NCBI GenBank assembly: GCA_965644315.1
Contig: CBFFRQ010000040.1
Coordinates: 342,124-406,123 of the forward strand
Length of the DNA: 64,000 nt
Source of the DNA: Caecitellus pseudoparvulus
Taxonomy: Eukaryota; Protista; Bigyra: Bicosoecida
Reading direction: 5' to 3'
Shown here: positions 49,101 through 62,200 of the stretch, one piece after another
How the letters are laid out: each line of letters starts with the position of its first letter
Numbering within the stretch: position 1 is the stretch's first letter
Program-made: the position numbers and the translations under genes
Notes under the pieces: model-generated
The model's database searches: none
What the model saw: the letters and a program-made list of their open reading frames with translations, nothing else
What the model was told of the DNA's origin: nothing

Positions 49101-50524
49101 ATGGCATCCCTGTTTGGATGGCGCAAGTCGCCCGCTGAAGTGGTGCGGCTGGCCACCACCTCCATGAGCAAGTCCGAAGCCTCGGTACGTAAGGCGAAAG
49201 GCGTGGCAGTGCCGGGCAGCCTTGCGCAGCCGCCCGTCCCCGCTGCCGTGCCGCAGGACCGCGAGGAGGTCGTCAAGCGAGTTGGAGAGATGAAGAAGTA
49301 TGTGTGCGGGGAGGTGCGTAGACTGGACGCCGCACCGCTGCGCCGCCAGCGCTGCAGCGTGGCACCTGGTGTGCGTTGTGCTGGCTTGCGCAGAGCGGCA
49401 AGGAGCCGAAGCCAGACAAGTGCGCAGCCATCGCGCAGGCGATGATTGACAACGACATCATCCGCGTCATGTCTGCCTGTTTCTCTGAGCTGGACTTCGA
49501 AGTGCGCAAGGAGCTGACGGCAGTGGTGTGCCGTTGCATCGTGCACGACCACGCCGGCTTCGCCACCACCTACCTGCCCCTGCGCACACGGGAGGTGGCC
49601 AGCATGCTGCAGCACTACAAGTCTGAGGACGCTGGGCTGCTGGCAGGGCAGGTGGTGCGGGAGGTGGTGCTGGCGTCCCCTGCCCTGCACCTGGCCGTGC
49701 TGACCGCCGAGCCCCACCATGCCGAGTTCATGCCGCTGAACGAGCATGTGGTGCAGCTGCTGCACGAGCATGTGAATGCGCAGAGCTTCAACATCGCCGC
49801 TGACGCGCTGCAGACGGTGACGGCCCTGCTCACCACCAACTGCGGCACCATGCGGGAGTTTCTCACAGCGCACCACGCCGCCTTCTTCAACGCCTTCAGC
49901 ACCATGCTCGTGAGCAAGCGCTACCCCACGCGGCTGGAGGGCTTGAAGCTGCTCTCTGAGCTGCTGCTGGACAAGGACAACTTCGAGATCATGGTGGAGT
50001 TCGTGCGCAACAGGCAGTACATGCGTAGCATCATGACGCTCATGAGGGACAAGCACACCTCCGTGCAGTTCGAAGCTTTCCACGTCTTCAAGCTCTTTGC
50101 CGCCAACCCAGACAAGCCTGAAGCCATCCAGCACATCCTGCTGGCAAACCGCGACAAGCTCGTGCAGTTCATGCGCAGCCTGTGCAATGACCGGGACGAC
50201 GCTGACTTCCTGCGTGAGCGTGCACTCATCATCGAAACGCTGCTGGGCATGGAGGGTGACGTGCCGGCCAGCCCCAGCGCCAGCGTGGAAGGCACGCCAG
50301 ATGCCGCTGCCGCCCAAGGTGCAGCTGTTACAGGCAGCACACCCCCTGCCCCGCCTGCCGCCGCCGCCGCCGCCGCTGCTGCCGCTGGGTCAGGGGGAGT
50401 GCCGGCTTCTTCGCCGAGTGCAACGTCGGAAGTGCCTGCGGAGGCAGCGGAGCCCGCTGCAGCCGAGACGAGTGCCCCTGCGCCGGAAAAAAGCGACGCT
50501 GGCACAAGTTCAAGTGCCAGTTGA
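49101..50524 (+). CDS. CAB39: MO25/CAB39 family protein
   Basis: Starts MASLFGWRKSPAEVVR and contains LDFEVRKE, FNIAADA, LKLLSELLLD and VQFEAFHVFKLFAANPDKP...ILLANRDKL. Inferred introns 49185-49256 and 49314-49393. Confidence 0.93.
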
Positions 50525-51024
50525 CAGATGCATGGGCTCTTCGCGGTAGCTGACCCGCACCCTGCCGCGTGGGCACCGGGAGCAAATCGGCTGGAGCAGC
50601 TGATCACCGGCACAACTACGCTGCGTTCCTCCCAGCACGCCGCTGTGTGTGAGGGCCGAGGGGAAGCAGGGCAAGGCCCTGCAGTACGTTGAATGCATTC
50701 CCGCCTCGCGAGGTCACCCCATTTGACGCCTCTGGCGCCCCCATAGGCGCAATGGGTGCTTCCTACACCCACTCCTGCGGGGCATTCCGCAGGCTCCAGT
50801 CGCCAGCCAAGGCGTGCTGGTGGTGCAGTGCACTGGCACGCCCGGCTCACATTCACGCTGGCACTGGACGGCGCGCGACAGGGGAAGCCTCCACACACGC
50901 ACACAGGCTTCCCTGCACTCAGCCCTGTCTTGCTGAGCGCGGCGTCTGTCTGCCCGGACGTGGCAGCGGCACAGAGCATCTCCAGCTGGAGCAGAGTCGA
51001 AACGCCCCTTCACTGGCAGGCGGC

Positions 51025-53018
51025 ATGGCAGCGCCCCTGCACAGCACTGCAGCGCCATCAGGCAGCAGTGCCAAGACAGGGCATGCAGCCCATGCAGGTG
51101 CTTCCCAAGCCGAGGGCACAGTGGCAAAGTCTGCCTGTGCCGTGTGCAAGAAGGCAAAACGCCGGTGTGAAGGGGGCCGCCCTTGCGCGAGATGCAGGAG
51201 GTGCGTGTGAGCTGGTGCAGGGTGACTTTGCCCGGCAGATGGCACGTGGCCCCCTCCGGTTTCGCAGAGCCGGGCGTGAAATCGAGTGCTTGTCAGGACG
51301 CCTCTTTGACTCGGCCAAGCAGCGGCGCATCGCAGGCATTCGGGCGGCGGCAGCTGCTGCGGACGCCGCTGCCGCCATCCCGTACTCAGCACACGGCAGG
51401 CACGGCGTGCCGTACATGCCGTCTCCCTGGATGCCGCCGGCGCCCATGCAGCAGTCTGGTGCGTGCGTGTGCTTGGGCTGACGTGCCTGGGGCATCGACA
51501 GCGGCGCTGAATCGCAAGTTGGAGTCACCCGCGTGTCATTGCAGCAGGCTCTTGACTTTGCGCCCCCACCCCGCAGGCATTCCTCCCCCGGGACGGCAGT
51601 CACACATGGTGCCGCCACCGGCACTCGCCTGGACACCCATGCTGCACGAGACAAGCACAGCTGCGTCTTCGTCGGGCACCCAGCATGCCGGTGCCTTGCC
51701 GGCGTCAGTCGGTGGTGTAAAGCGGCCACGGCCCACCATGCAGGGCACCCACTCCCCACGTCAGCCCTTCCACCTCGGGCCCAACCCTGCTCCCCACCAC
51801 CCTGCCTCTGAACCTTCCCTGCACCCCTCAGGCTGGCACGGCGATGGCACTTACGCTGGCTCTGTCAGCGGCGCCAGCCACGTGCCTCTGCCCCTCACGG
51901 AGCAAGACGTGGCGGCCGCTGCGCCAGGGCAGGCGTGCTCCGAAGCCAGCATGCTGCGCAACGTGACCGTGCAGAGCATGTTGCTGGACGAGGTGAGCGA
52001 GAGCACCCTGCTGTCCCTCTTCCCGCGGGGCAGTGCCTTGCACTCCCCCGACGCTGTGCCGGCGTTGCCAGAAAGCCTGCGTCAGTCCCTGGCCGGCCTG
52101 CACGACAAGCTGTTCGGGCAGTCGCCAGGGCTGGGGCAGCACCCCTTCGTGGCCATGCTGACTGGACTGCTGTCGCAGCACTTGGGGGTGCGCTCGCCCT
52201 CCTGCTCCCTCGCAGTGCAGTCTGTGCTGGGCCAAGTGTTGGCAGCTTCCTCGCTGCCTGTGGCCCACGTCGTGTATTGGTACCCGCCGCATGGGCACAG
52301 CGAGGCGACGCCCATCTTCTACGGCAGCCAGGCGCTGTTCTCCCTCTTCGCTGTGAGCGGTGCTGATGCAGAGGCTCTGCCGTTCATGCTGGGCAGCAGC
52401 CTCGCGTCCACGGTCGTGGCGGGCCACGTCTGCCGCGTGCAACAGCACCACCCCGCCCTGCACCACCTGCACGGCCCCAGCGTCCTGCCCCGCCTGCGCG
52501 CCGTCACGCGATCAGTGCAGGAGCAAGCTGCCCTGTTCACCTTCGCCGGCACGTTCCTGGGCGGCAGCGGCCCCGCCTCACGCGCAGCTCACGCCCAAGG
52601 CGGCACGGTGCCCTTGCCGTCTTTCATGGCACAGGAGCGCGTAACGCTCATGTGGTCTCCCTGGGCATCTAGCCCCACCCTGGATGGCATAACGTTCGTG
52701 TACCAGCAGGCCCAGCCTCCGCCTGTGCCCCACTCTGCGCCCCTGTCGTCCATGGTGCCCTTCGGACTGCCCGCCGTTGTCACGAGTGCGGCGTCAAACT
52801 CCGCTTCCGCATGGGCAGAGAGTTTTCGTCGCCTGACGCCACAGGCCGCCGCTGCCCCCCCAACATCTGCACCCCTCAGCGTGCCCCAGGCACCAGATCC
52901 TCACACCTCTCTCGCCTACGCTGCACGGCCGTCTGAGACCAGCACAGCTGCCACCAGCCCGGCCTCCCAGCAACACGCTGTTGCAGGCGCAGCTCCAGTT
53001 GCCGGGAGCACCGCTTGA
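51025..53018 (+). CDS. Zn(II)2Cys6 binuclear-cluster transcription factor with a possible degenerate C-terminal PAS fold
   Basis: Intron 51201-51267 completes SACAVCKKAKRRCEGGRPCARCRRAGREIEC (C-x2-C-x6-C-x5-C-x2-C-x8-C). Intron 51459-51576 joins the long 3' exon. Confidence 0.8.
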
Positions 53019-53277
53019 CATTGCATGCCAGGCCCTGAAGGGTCAAAGCATTCTCGTGTGTATTCTTCTCGTGCCAATTCCCGGCGCCCTTGCGTCTTTC
53101 GACTGTGTTTCATTCCACCGCAAGGTCACCAATGCAGTGCCGCCACAGTCCCCTTTGCTGAGCGCAACCCGCCGCCCTGCCACCACACATATCCGCACAA
53201 CTGAGGCGACTCTAGGCCCACGCTTTCGACGGGCCCTTCTTGGTTCTGTCGGCACTGCTCATCTCCTGTGCTCTGCC

Positions 53278-56200
53278 ATGGCTGGCAATCTCAAGCAGTG
53301 GGCTGACAGCGACGAAGAGGGCGATGACATCTTGGGCAGCATGGTTTCAGATTCCGCACAGGTGCGCTGCCCAGCACATGCTTGCAGCGAGCAGCGCTGA
53401 CCTCGAAAGCCCTGCACGACGCTGCCCTCCATCTCAGGTCAAATCTGGACTGCTGCAGATTTCCCCACCACCAGTCCCTGCCGCCAGTGCGCTGGCTGCC
53501 TTTGCAGACAGCGACACCGATGATGAGGCCTGGCCAGCCGCTGCGAAAGTCGAGGCAGCACCGGCCCCCGCACCAGCTGCAGCGGGCAGCCTTTCAAAGT
53601 GGGCCGACTCTGACAGCGAGGACAGTGACACGCTGCCTGCGTTGAAGCCGGCCTCTGCGCCGGAGACCGGCGTGGTGCAGTGGCCGGGCGCAGGTCAGTC
53701 GGCGGCGCCCCGCCCTCCCCGTGTGCACACGACAGCGCTGTCTATGGAGGTGAACTTGGCGTTCCTGGACAGCGACAGCGACGACGGGGGTGCCGCCAAG
53801 CCGCCGCCCAGCCCCGAGTCCAAACAGACCCGCTCCCTGGCCCAGTGGCGCGACAGTGACGATGAGGACGACACAGTGCAGTTGACAGGCAGCGGGGCGG
53901 GGGGACGAGCGCCTGGCCCAGCGGCGCCCGCTGCCGTGGGCGGCGAGGCCAGCGACTCGGAGTCCAGCGAGGACTGGGACGAAGACTGGGACGAGGAGCT
54001 GCGGCACGAGCAGCTGGACGCGGCGGCGGTGGCGGCTGCCATGGGGGACAGTGAGTGGGGGGCCCCTGCCAAGCCGGGAGGGGGGGGCGTGGCTGGCATC
54101 CGCAGCATGTTCAAAGACATGGCAGCCGCCAGCGCTGCGCCCGCCGCAGCCTCCACCCGCTCCACAGCCGCTTCGCGCCTGGGCTCCCTGCCGCGTGACT
54201 CCTGGCTGACGGGGCAAGTGCAGGCGGCGCTGTTCGAAGGGGGCAGCGGTGCAAGCAGCTCCACCAAGGCACAGAGCGTGGCGGAGCAGGTGCAAGCGGG
54301 AGGAGCGACGCTGCTCTGGCAGCGCCTGCCGGGGGGTCCGCAGTGCTATGTGGGCGGCCCCCCTGAGGGCTTGCCAGGTGCGGCGACGGGGCCGTTGCCG
54401 GGTGCACTGGAGGCTGCCGCGTGTGCCGATGCTGCCTTCCTGCAGACTGCGCTGCCGACGTCCATGCCAGTGCCGCCGTCGCTCTTCCCGGCAGCCGACG
54501 CGGGGGGCTGTGCTTCTGCCTTTGGCATGGCGACGCCGCTGGACTTGACTCAGGGGCTGGCGAGGTCGCTGGGGTTGCCAGGGGAGACACCGCCCTCCAT
54601 GGTAGCAACGGCGCAGATGGTGGTGGAGAGCTGCCCCCTACCACACCTACACCGTGGCATGCTGCACTGCGCCACGGCGGTGCGGGCGGCACCCCCCCCT
54701 GCCGAGTGCTGGACCCCCCCTCAGCACCACACTCTGGGCACACGTCGAGGCGCCCGTCTACCCTCCCTGCCGTCCTTGGTCAGTGGCAGCAAGCCCGCTG
54801 CACTAGTGCGGGACACTGTGCAGCAGGTGCTGGAGGGCGTGCTGCGGGGGCCAGCTCCCTCCCCCACCGCTGGCTCACACCGCACCCTGAGTGGGGACCT
54901 GGCCGCGGGGCAGGAGGGGGCGGAGGCTCACTGGCGCAGCACGGCGCTGCCTGAGGCGCTCTCCAGCCCCAGTGTGTACGTGGAGGCCTTCTCGCCTGGG
55001 GAGGGTGGCTTCCCTGCGCGTGGGGTGGCGCGAGTGCAGGCGGCTCTGGATGACGCAGCACCCCTGTCAGCCACTGTGCAGCGCCTGGTGCACCCGTGCA
55101 TTGGCGCGCCCTTCCCTGAAGAGGATGTAGCCAAGCTGCAGGCACACATCGCAGGTGCGGTGGAGGCCGGGCTGGCTTGCCTGCACAGTGAGCTGGGCGG
55201 CGCCGAGGCTGGTGGGTCGGCGGTGGCGCCACTCAGCCCCCTGTGGCTGGTGGCACACACCACCATCGTGAAGCGCCTGGTGCACGTGGCCAGCGACGAG
55301 GGGAACAGCCCGACGGGGGTGGTGTGTGCCGCGGCAGCGGCTGTGGCCGTCGCAGCTGTCCTGTTCCAGCAGCTCAACGCGTGTGTGGGGCAGGCGCCCA
55401 CCGCGTCGCTGGCGGATGACCGCTGGCTACCGGCAGTGTTCGAGGCAGGTGTGGACTGCTTGATCAGTCTCACGCCCCTGGCCACCCTCCCCGTGCCGGT
55501 AGTGACCCTCTTGGCCGGAAGGCACTACATCGCCACCGAAGCAGCGCGCCACGCCACAGTGCAGGCGGCGGTGCCTGCCCCGCGACCGCCCGTGCGCCGT
55601 TCCATGTCGCAGCGCAATGTGCGGGCCGTGCAGTCGCCGGACCGCGCCGCCGCGTTCTTGCGCCATGTGGACGGCGTGTCTCCCGACCTGGGGCTGCTGT
55701 GCAAGCATGGCCCTCAGGCCACAGCAGCTGACGGCGTGATGGCGGCACTGGCAGCATCAGTGCGCCGTGTGACCACCTGCGCAGCTCACGACCTGTTCAT
55801 GCTGTGCAGCCAGCGGTGGCCGGGGGAGACCCCGGAGGAGGAGCTGTCACGGCGGTGTCAGCTGCAGCTGCGCCTGGTGACGTGGCAAGTGACCGCGGGG
55901 GTCCACATCGCGACGCACGCCATTGCGAGCCTGCCGCCCAAGCGCCTGCCGCAGCGACGGGCAGAGCACCGCCCGCCGGCATTTCCCTGCCCCGCCAGCC
56001 TGCGCAGGGCTACGAGCGGCCTGGCTGCGGCGGGGTGGGCTCTGCACGCCACGCTGCAGCTGGAGATGGCATCCCCCCTCGCCCTGGAGCCCGAGCTCAT
56101 GCATGGCCTCGGAATCGTGTCTGCAGTGCTCGCCGCCAGCGCTGTGCTGGTAGAGGCCGGCTCATCGCCGCTGGCAATCGCTGGCGCTGGCGGCGACCTA

Positions 56201-59200
56201 CCCATGCCGCTTCTACGCGGCGACGAAGATGGCTTGGTACCGGCATTGGGCAAGCTCTTTGTTGCAGAGCAGGGTGATGCTGCCGCCCCAGGCCTGCCTC
56301 CCAGGCTGGACAGGGTCTGCGGACTGGTGCCAGTGTGGCACTTCGAGCCCCCTGCAGCCTCCTGCGCCGCTGCCGCTGCCGCGGTGCTGTCGTCCACCCT
56401 CCTGTGCCACCCCCGAAGTGCCATGCGGGATGCCGTGCAGCAGTGCGTGGGTGGGTCGGAGCCTCAGCAACTCACTGGCGCACTGCAGCTGCAGCACGCT
56501 GTCTCTGCGCCGGTGCTGGGCAACGTCATCGTCGCCGCTCTGCTGCCGCACGTCGCTCTGGCCTCCACGCCTGGAACGGGCCCGGCCGTGCCACCCCTGC
56601 CCGCCACGCAATTGTCTGCTGCGGTGGGTTTGGGCGCGGATTCCATTCCTCGGCTGTCTGACCTGCACCCACTGCGGTTCAGCGGTGAGGTGGACTATGA
56701 CATCCTCGCGCAGTCAGGCGGCGGCGGCGACGAGGCGATTGCCGCGCCCCGCACTGCCTTGGGCGTCATGCGCCACGCCAGGTCAGTCAGCACCACGCTG
56801 GCCATCCACGCAGCTGTGGTGGTGGACCACTCAGCGTGGTGGACACAGGCCGCTGGAGTGATGACACACGCGCTGGCACACGCATGTGCCCGGGTTCTGG
56901 CCTGGCACGAACAGGCCAGTGCGCGCAACGTGAACATGAAGGAGCAGCTGCACGTGCCGCCTGGCCCTGGTCGCCGTCTGCGGTACTCGCCCGCGTTCCA
57001 CCTGTCCCGCATCGCGCAGCGGCAGGCCACGATGGGCCAGGGCTTGGCAGCGGTGCAAGGCGGCGGTGTGGGGGATGCCAGCCTGCTGGAAGCACAGTGT
57101 GCGTTGCTCAGGCGCTGTGCGGGCCTGCATCGCATGCTGACCCATTGCACTCCGGATGGTGCCCCAGACATGCGCGGCGGATGTGTCGCCGCCGTGCACT
57201 CGCTGTCCCTGGACGCGCTGCGCCTGCTAGGTGCAGCGCCTGTGTCTGGGCTCATGGCGGTGCTGGCGGCAGCGGAGCCCAGCCACCCAGACGGTGGCAG
57301 TGCATTCCTGGTCCTGCCCGGGGCAGCTGGTAAGGACGCGCTCCCCCATAACCTCCTGCAGCAGCTGGAGTCTGTGGCGCTGTGGGGGGAGAGTCTTTGC
57401 CAGCACGGAAGCAAGGGGCTGCGGGGCGTGGGCGTGCTGCTCACAGAGCTAGGCATGGCCAGCGGCGCGGCCCTCAAGCTGCACCAAGTCCAACCAGGCT
57501 TTGCCACCCGCCACGACGTGCTCATGCGATCGCAACCCTGGGAAGTGCTCGCCACTCGCTCGAGCGCAGCTGGCCTGCACGGCCGCGCAGCAGTCACTCT
57601 GCACGGCCTGTGGCTGCATGCCTTGACGCGGAGAGACCTGCAGGCGATGCACCGCCTGACGCGGCCCCTGGCAGCTGCATGGAGGCAGGTGGGCGCCGAG
57701 TCCATGGCGCTGCAAGTGTACAGTGACACGCTGCTCTGCCTGCACGGAAACTCGTTGCTGCCGTCACCCGTAGGTGTCGTCCCCACCCTCGCTGCGTGGG
57801 TGGTGGATGGCAGCAGGGTAGCGTGGCCAATGTTCATTGGAAGCGCCCCCAGCCAACCAGTCCACGGCAGTCAGTGGCACGCACTGCTACCAGGCACGAC
57901 AGCGGCGTTGACGGAGGCCCTGGCCCAGGCATGGCACAGCACAGTCATGCAGAACGTACAGCTGCCAGAGTCGCCGACCAGCTCAGGGGGGGCAGCCCCC
58001 CCGCCAAATCTGCCCAGCATGCTGGAAGCGACGATGGATTATGTGCGGCAGGCGGTTCCAGGGGGGCTCGTAGGGCCTGACGACGCGTTCCCGAGGCACG
58101 TGGCTGGGTTTGGCCGGGGGACTGTGAACCCGACATCATCCCGGCAGTCGCCAACCCAGCAGCGCTCAGTGGATGGCTGGGCTGCGTATGCTGGCAATGC
58201 CATTGGTCGAGTCGTGGAGATGCGTGGCGTGGCATGCAGCGCCGTGAACTGGTCGCCACTTTCGGCTCTGCGCAGCACGAGCAAGGGCCCAGCCTTGGGC
58301 CCGCAGCGTGCATGGAGCTCGAGCACCCTGGCACAGTGCCTGCACTTCACATCGCTGGCATGGGGTGCCGCGAATGTCCGCGCCCAAGTAGAGGCCACCT
58401 TGGCTGCGGAGGCTTGGCGGCCATCCGAAGGCGAGCTGGCACATCTTGTGCTGTCGCTGGCTCACTGCGCCACCACGCTGTGCATGCACCGGCTAGCATG
58501 CCAGGTGACAACGGCAGCCATACTCTCGTGCCGCCCTGAGCACGTTCGAGCAGGCAACATTCCGCCTGTGCGAGAGTTTGGGCGCATGTTCATGCACGCC
58601 CTGCACATCGGCAGGCTGGCCATTCCACCTCCGATGAGGGAACTTCATCGGGAGAACCCCCCTGAAGTGCACGGCAGTGCTTGGTTGGCGCTGCTGCTGC
58701 AACTGGCAGTGTCCTACTTCAGGGCAGGGCAGCACAACGACAGCTGCACGGTGCTGCTTCACGTGCTGCCGTTCCTTCCGCTCCTGGCTGCAAGAGAAGA
58801 AGTGGACGAAGAGCTGACACAGGGCGCACAGCTGGACCACGCCGTGATCACACACGTCACAGTATGCCCCTCCATTAGTGTTGCGGGTGGTCGTGCAGAG
58901 TCACCGCTGCAGCGTTCCCACCTCGTCATTCGAAAGCTGTCTACCCGGCCACAGCCGTCACCACTGCATGTGGTACCGCTGGGCTTGCAGGCAAACCTGC
59001 TGTGGGTTCGAAACTTGACGGCACTGGGGCGGTTTCCAGCCGCAGCAGCTTCCGCGGCGTTCCTGGTGCACACTTTGGAGCGCTTTGTTGACTGGGACTT
59101 TGGCTCTGACACGCACCGCCGCCAGTCTTCAGGTGTTCGTTCACCACCTCGCACAACCACAGGCGCCGAAGCGGCAGCGCGAGCCAAGGCGGTGGCTGAG

Positions 59201-62200
59201 GTGCACCTCGAACGAGGCCGAGCTCTTGGTCGGTGGGTTCAGAACCCTGCAGCGGCTGGTGACGTTGTGGGGAGGGACGAGAAGTCTACTGCAACATTCA
59301 AAGAGCTGCCGGGGCAGCTGCAAGGTGTTGAGCGCAGGGCGTTCCACGCATGGAACACCACACTCCACTGGCAGCACAGCTCGCAAGTTGAAACAACCCC
59401 CCACCACCGTTCAAAGAGCAGCCACTTTGACGTTGGCAGTTTGTCAGGGGTGGAGGCATGCGAGCTGCATCCGTGGTTCAATGGGTCTCACTTCGCAAGT
59501 CTTTGGGGCGTGCTGGAGGGCGCCTTGGCATCTTTGAACACTGCTGCACTCATTTTCACGAGCTTCAAGCAATTTGACAGGGCTCTGCGCTGCCGCATGG
59601 AAGCGTCCAGCGTGACTATGGAGTGGTGCTCGGGGAAGCGATGCAAGCTGCCCAAGCCTTCTCAAGGGGTGCCCGTCGTGGCCGCCACGTCCTCGGGCAC
59701 AGCGGCGCTGGAGGAGGCTGCAGAGACACCTGACAGCCCTGCGACAGAGGCAGATATCAAAGCGCTGGGCCCCGTGACAGACACCGTACGGGTGTACCGA
59801 AGGTTCAGCGTCCCGCACGCGTGGGCTCTGCACGCTGGGCACATCGCCGAGGTCAAGAGCGGCTTGGATGAAGTGCTGGACACGGTGCTGGCAGAGTGGC
59901 AGCCAGGCCCAAGTTTGGAGCAGGGCATGTGGCATGCCCAGGCAGGCCTTGACGCTGCTGGTCGGGGCGGCGACGCCCTCATGGCCATGCGTTGCCACTT
60001 GCTGTTAGCTGAAGGGTACCTCGCCCTCCGCGGACGCGCAAAAGTGGAGAAGGGGGCTGAGGACCTGAGCGAAACTCATATGGGTGCGATGGCCACAGCG
60101 CATTGGTGCGAATCGCTCTCCCTCTTCCGTGCCTTGTTTGTAGCGGGCGGCTCCGTTCCGCTCGTCAGGCGCCGGGATGTGCTGTGGCAAGACGCGGTCT
60201 CGGAAACCGCAGATCGCCTGCTGCAGTGCCTGTGCCAGTTCCGGGCTGTTTTTGTGAACGACCACATTGGGCTGTTCAGCACTCAGAACAGCATCGCGCA
60301 AGATGTGCAGCGATCAGCCCGGAGCATGTGGCTGCCGCCTCCAGTCGGATTGACGTCCCTCTCCGAGCTGGCCATGTCCCGGGCGCCGCTGGGCAGCATC
60401 CCAGACAGCTTGGCAGCGGCATTCAAGGCCAAGCTACCCGCCACCACACACACTCTCCCCAGCGCAGATACGCAAGCGTGGCAAGGTGCGACAATCATTC
60501 CCACGCGACTGCTGAGCACAGCAACAGCGCCACAGCGACGTGCTGCGAAAGAGGAGCAGAAGGAAGGCTCGGTCGTCATGCTGCGGACAACTGCCTTGGA
60601 TCGCACCTTCTTGCACCCCCCCAGTGCGGCGGAGGCTCGCGTCCTGTCTGCACAGTGCTTGCGTGGTCCGTTGCATGATCCGGGCCAGGCTTTTGACGGG
60701 CCGCCGCTCACTGCCAGCCTTGACAACAGACCTGGTCTTGCCATTCCGCCACTGGACTTGCCTGATCCGTCAGCGCCAGCCCTGGTCGCCAGCAGCATTG
60801 GGGCATACATTTCGGATGCCAAGCTGCGCATGTGTGGGGAAGCTGATGTGCTTGCGGCTGCCGCACCGTTGCTGCCTCCAGCGCTGGTACCAGGATTTCG
60901 CAGCCGAACTGGTACGCTTCGGAGCCACTGGAGCAACCCAGATGCCGTTGGCGTGGCACGGGAGACTGGCAGCGCTGCTGGGCGCAGCGTGGCAAGTGGC
61001 CACTCCAGCACGACCACCCCCGACCCACCTGGACGCAGGGCCAGTGCGGCACGGCAAGGGGGGTCACCTGCCCTGCCCCCTCGGGCCGGATCCCGAGCGG
61101 GCCATGCAGGCTTGAGGGGACAAGGTGGTGCCGTGTTGACCCAGACTTCGTATGCAGTGTCTGGGGACAGCGATACTGGGCATGCCAGCGAGTCTGTGTT
61201 GGAGGACTTGCTTGAAGGGCATGCATATTTGCGGCGCCTAACCGCACGATCTATGCGCCGGGGGCAGCACACACAGCTTCCCGCTGAGGCGACAGCTGCG
61301 CAAAAGCTGAAGGCGCGCAGGGCCAAGTACAGCACCTTCCCCCCCCAAGGTAAGAGCGGTATTCGAGGCATTCCCCGCAGCACCATGCGGCGCGGTGCAC
61401 ACGACATGTCCCGTCCTCCGCTGTCAGGAACCAGTGGCAGTGAGGGGGGGGACGGTGATGCCAGTTCCCAATCTGAGAGCACGCTTGGCGACGCGGCCAC
61501 CACGAACATGGACGCCAGAGGGTGGTGTGTATTTGACGGTGTTGCGCTGTTGGAGCTCGTGCTGGATGGCCCTGCGATGTTAACGCAGTGTGCAACAGCA
61601 GCAGCAACAAGCGCTCTTGGCGCATTCGCGAGCGGGGAAGTGCAGTGGAGCCCCGCGACAAGGGTGCGCCCACTGGCAAGCACTTCCATGCGAGTCGCCG
61701 CGCAAGCTATCGCCGTCGATGGCAGCAGCACAGTCACCATGGCGTTTGCAGCACAGCAAGAGGCAGGGGGGCAGATGCGGCGGCATGGATCAATTCCCAC
61801 ACATGAGCATGGTAGTCCTTACTTGCATCCAAGCGCACCCCCTACGCTGACATTGCCCCATCCGAACGGCCCGTTGGACTCTGCCGAGTATGAGTGGTCC
61901 CCGCCGCCGTTGGAGCTGGCCCGTGTGTCATCGGGCTGTGTTTCAGCGTGGCTGAGTGCGGCTGTCTTGCCCGGATGGCGAGGCGCGACACGCAGAGCAG
62001 CTCTGGTGGGTGCTATCCGCACGGCTTATGGTCCTCGTGCAGCGGGGCTGGATCGTGCACCCTTTTCTTGGCTCATGGCCGCCGCACAGGCACACGATAC
62101 GCGTTCCCTTCAAGAAGCCGACCTTCGTGACACTTGGCGGCCAGGGCTGCCGTCCGTTGCCGCGATGCTGCAGCGCAGCTTCTTTTGTTCGCTGCTGCCA

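Noticed and set aside
48836-50317. N-terminal 490 aa of the 1676-aa histidine kinase ORF
   Set aside because: It is antisense to MO25 and its promoter. The real start is probably ~48835.
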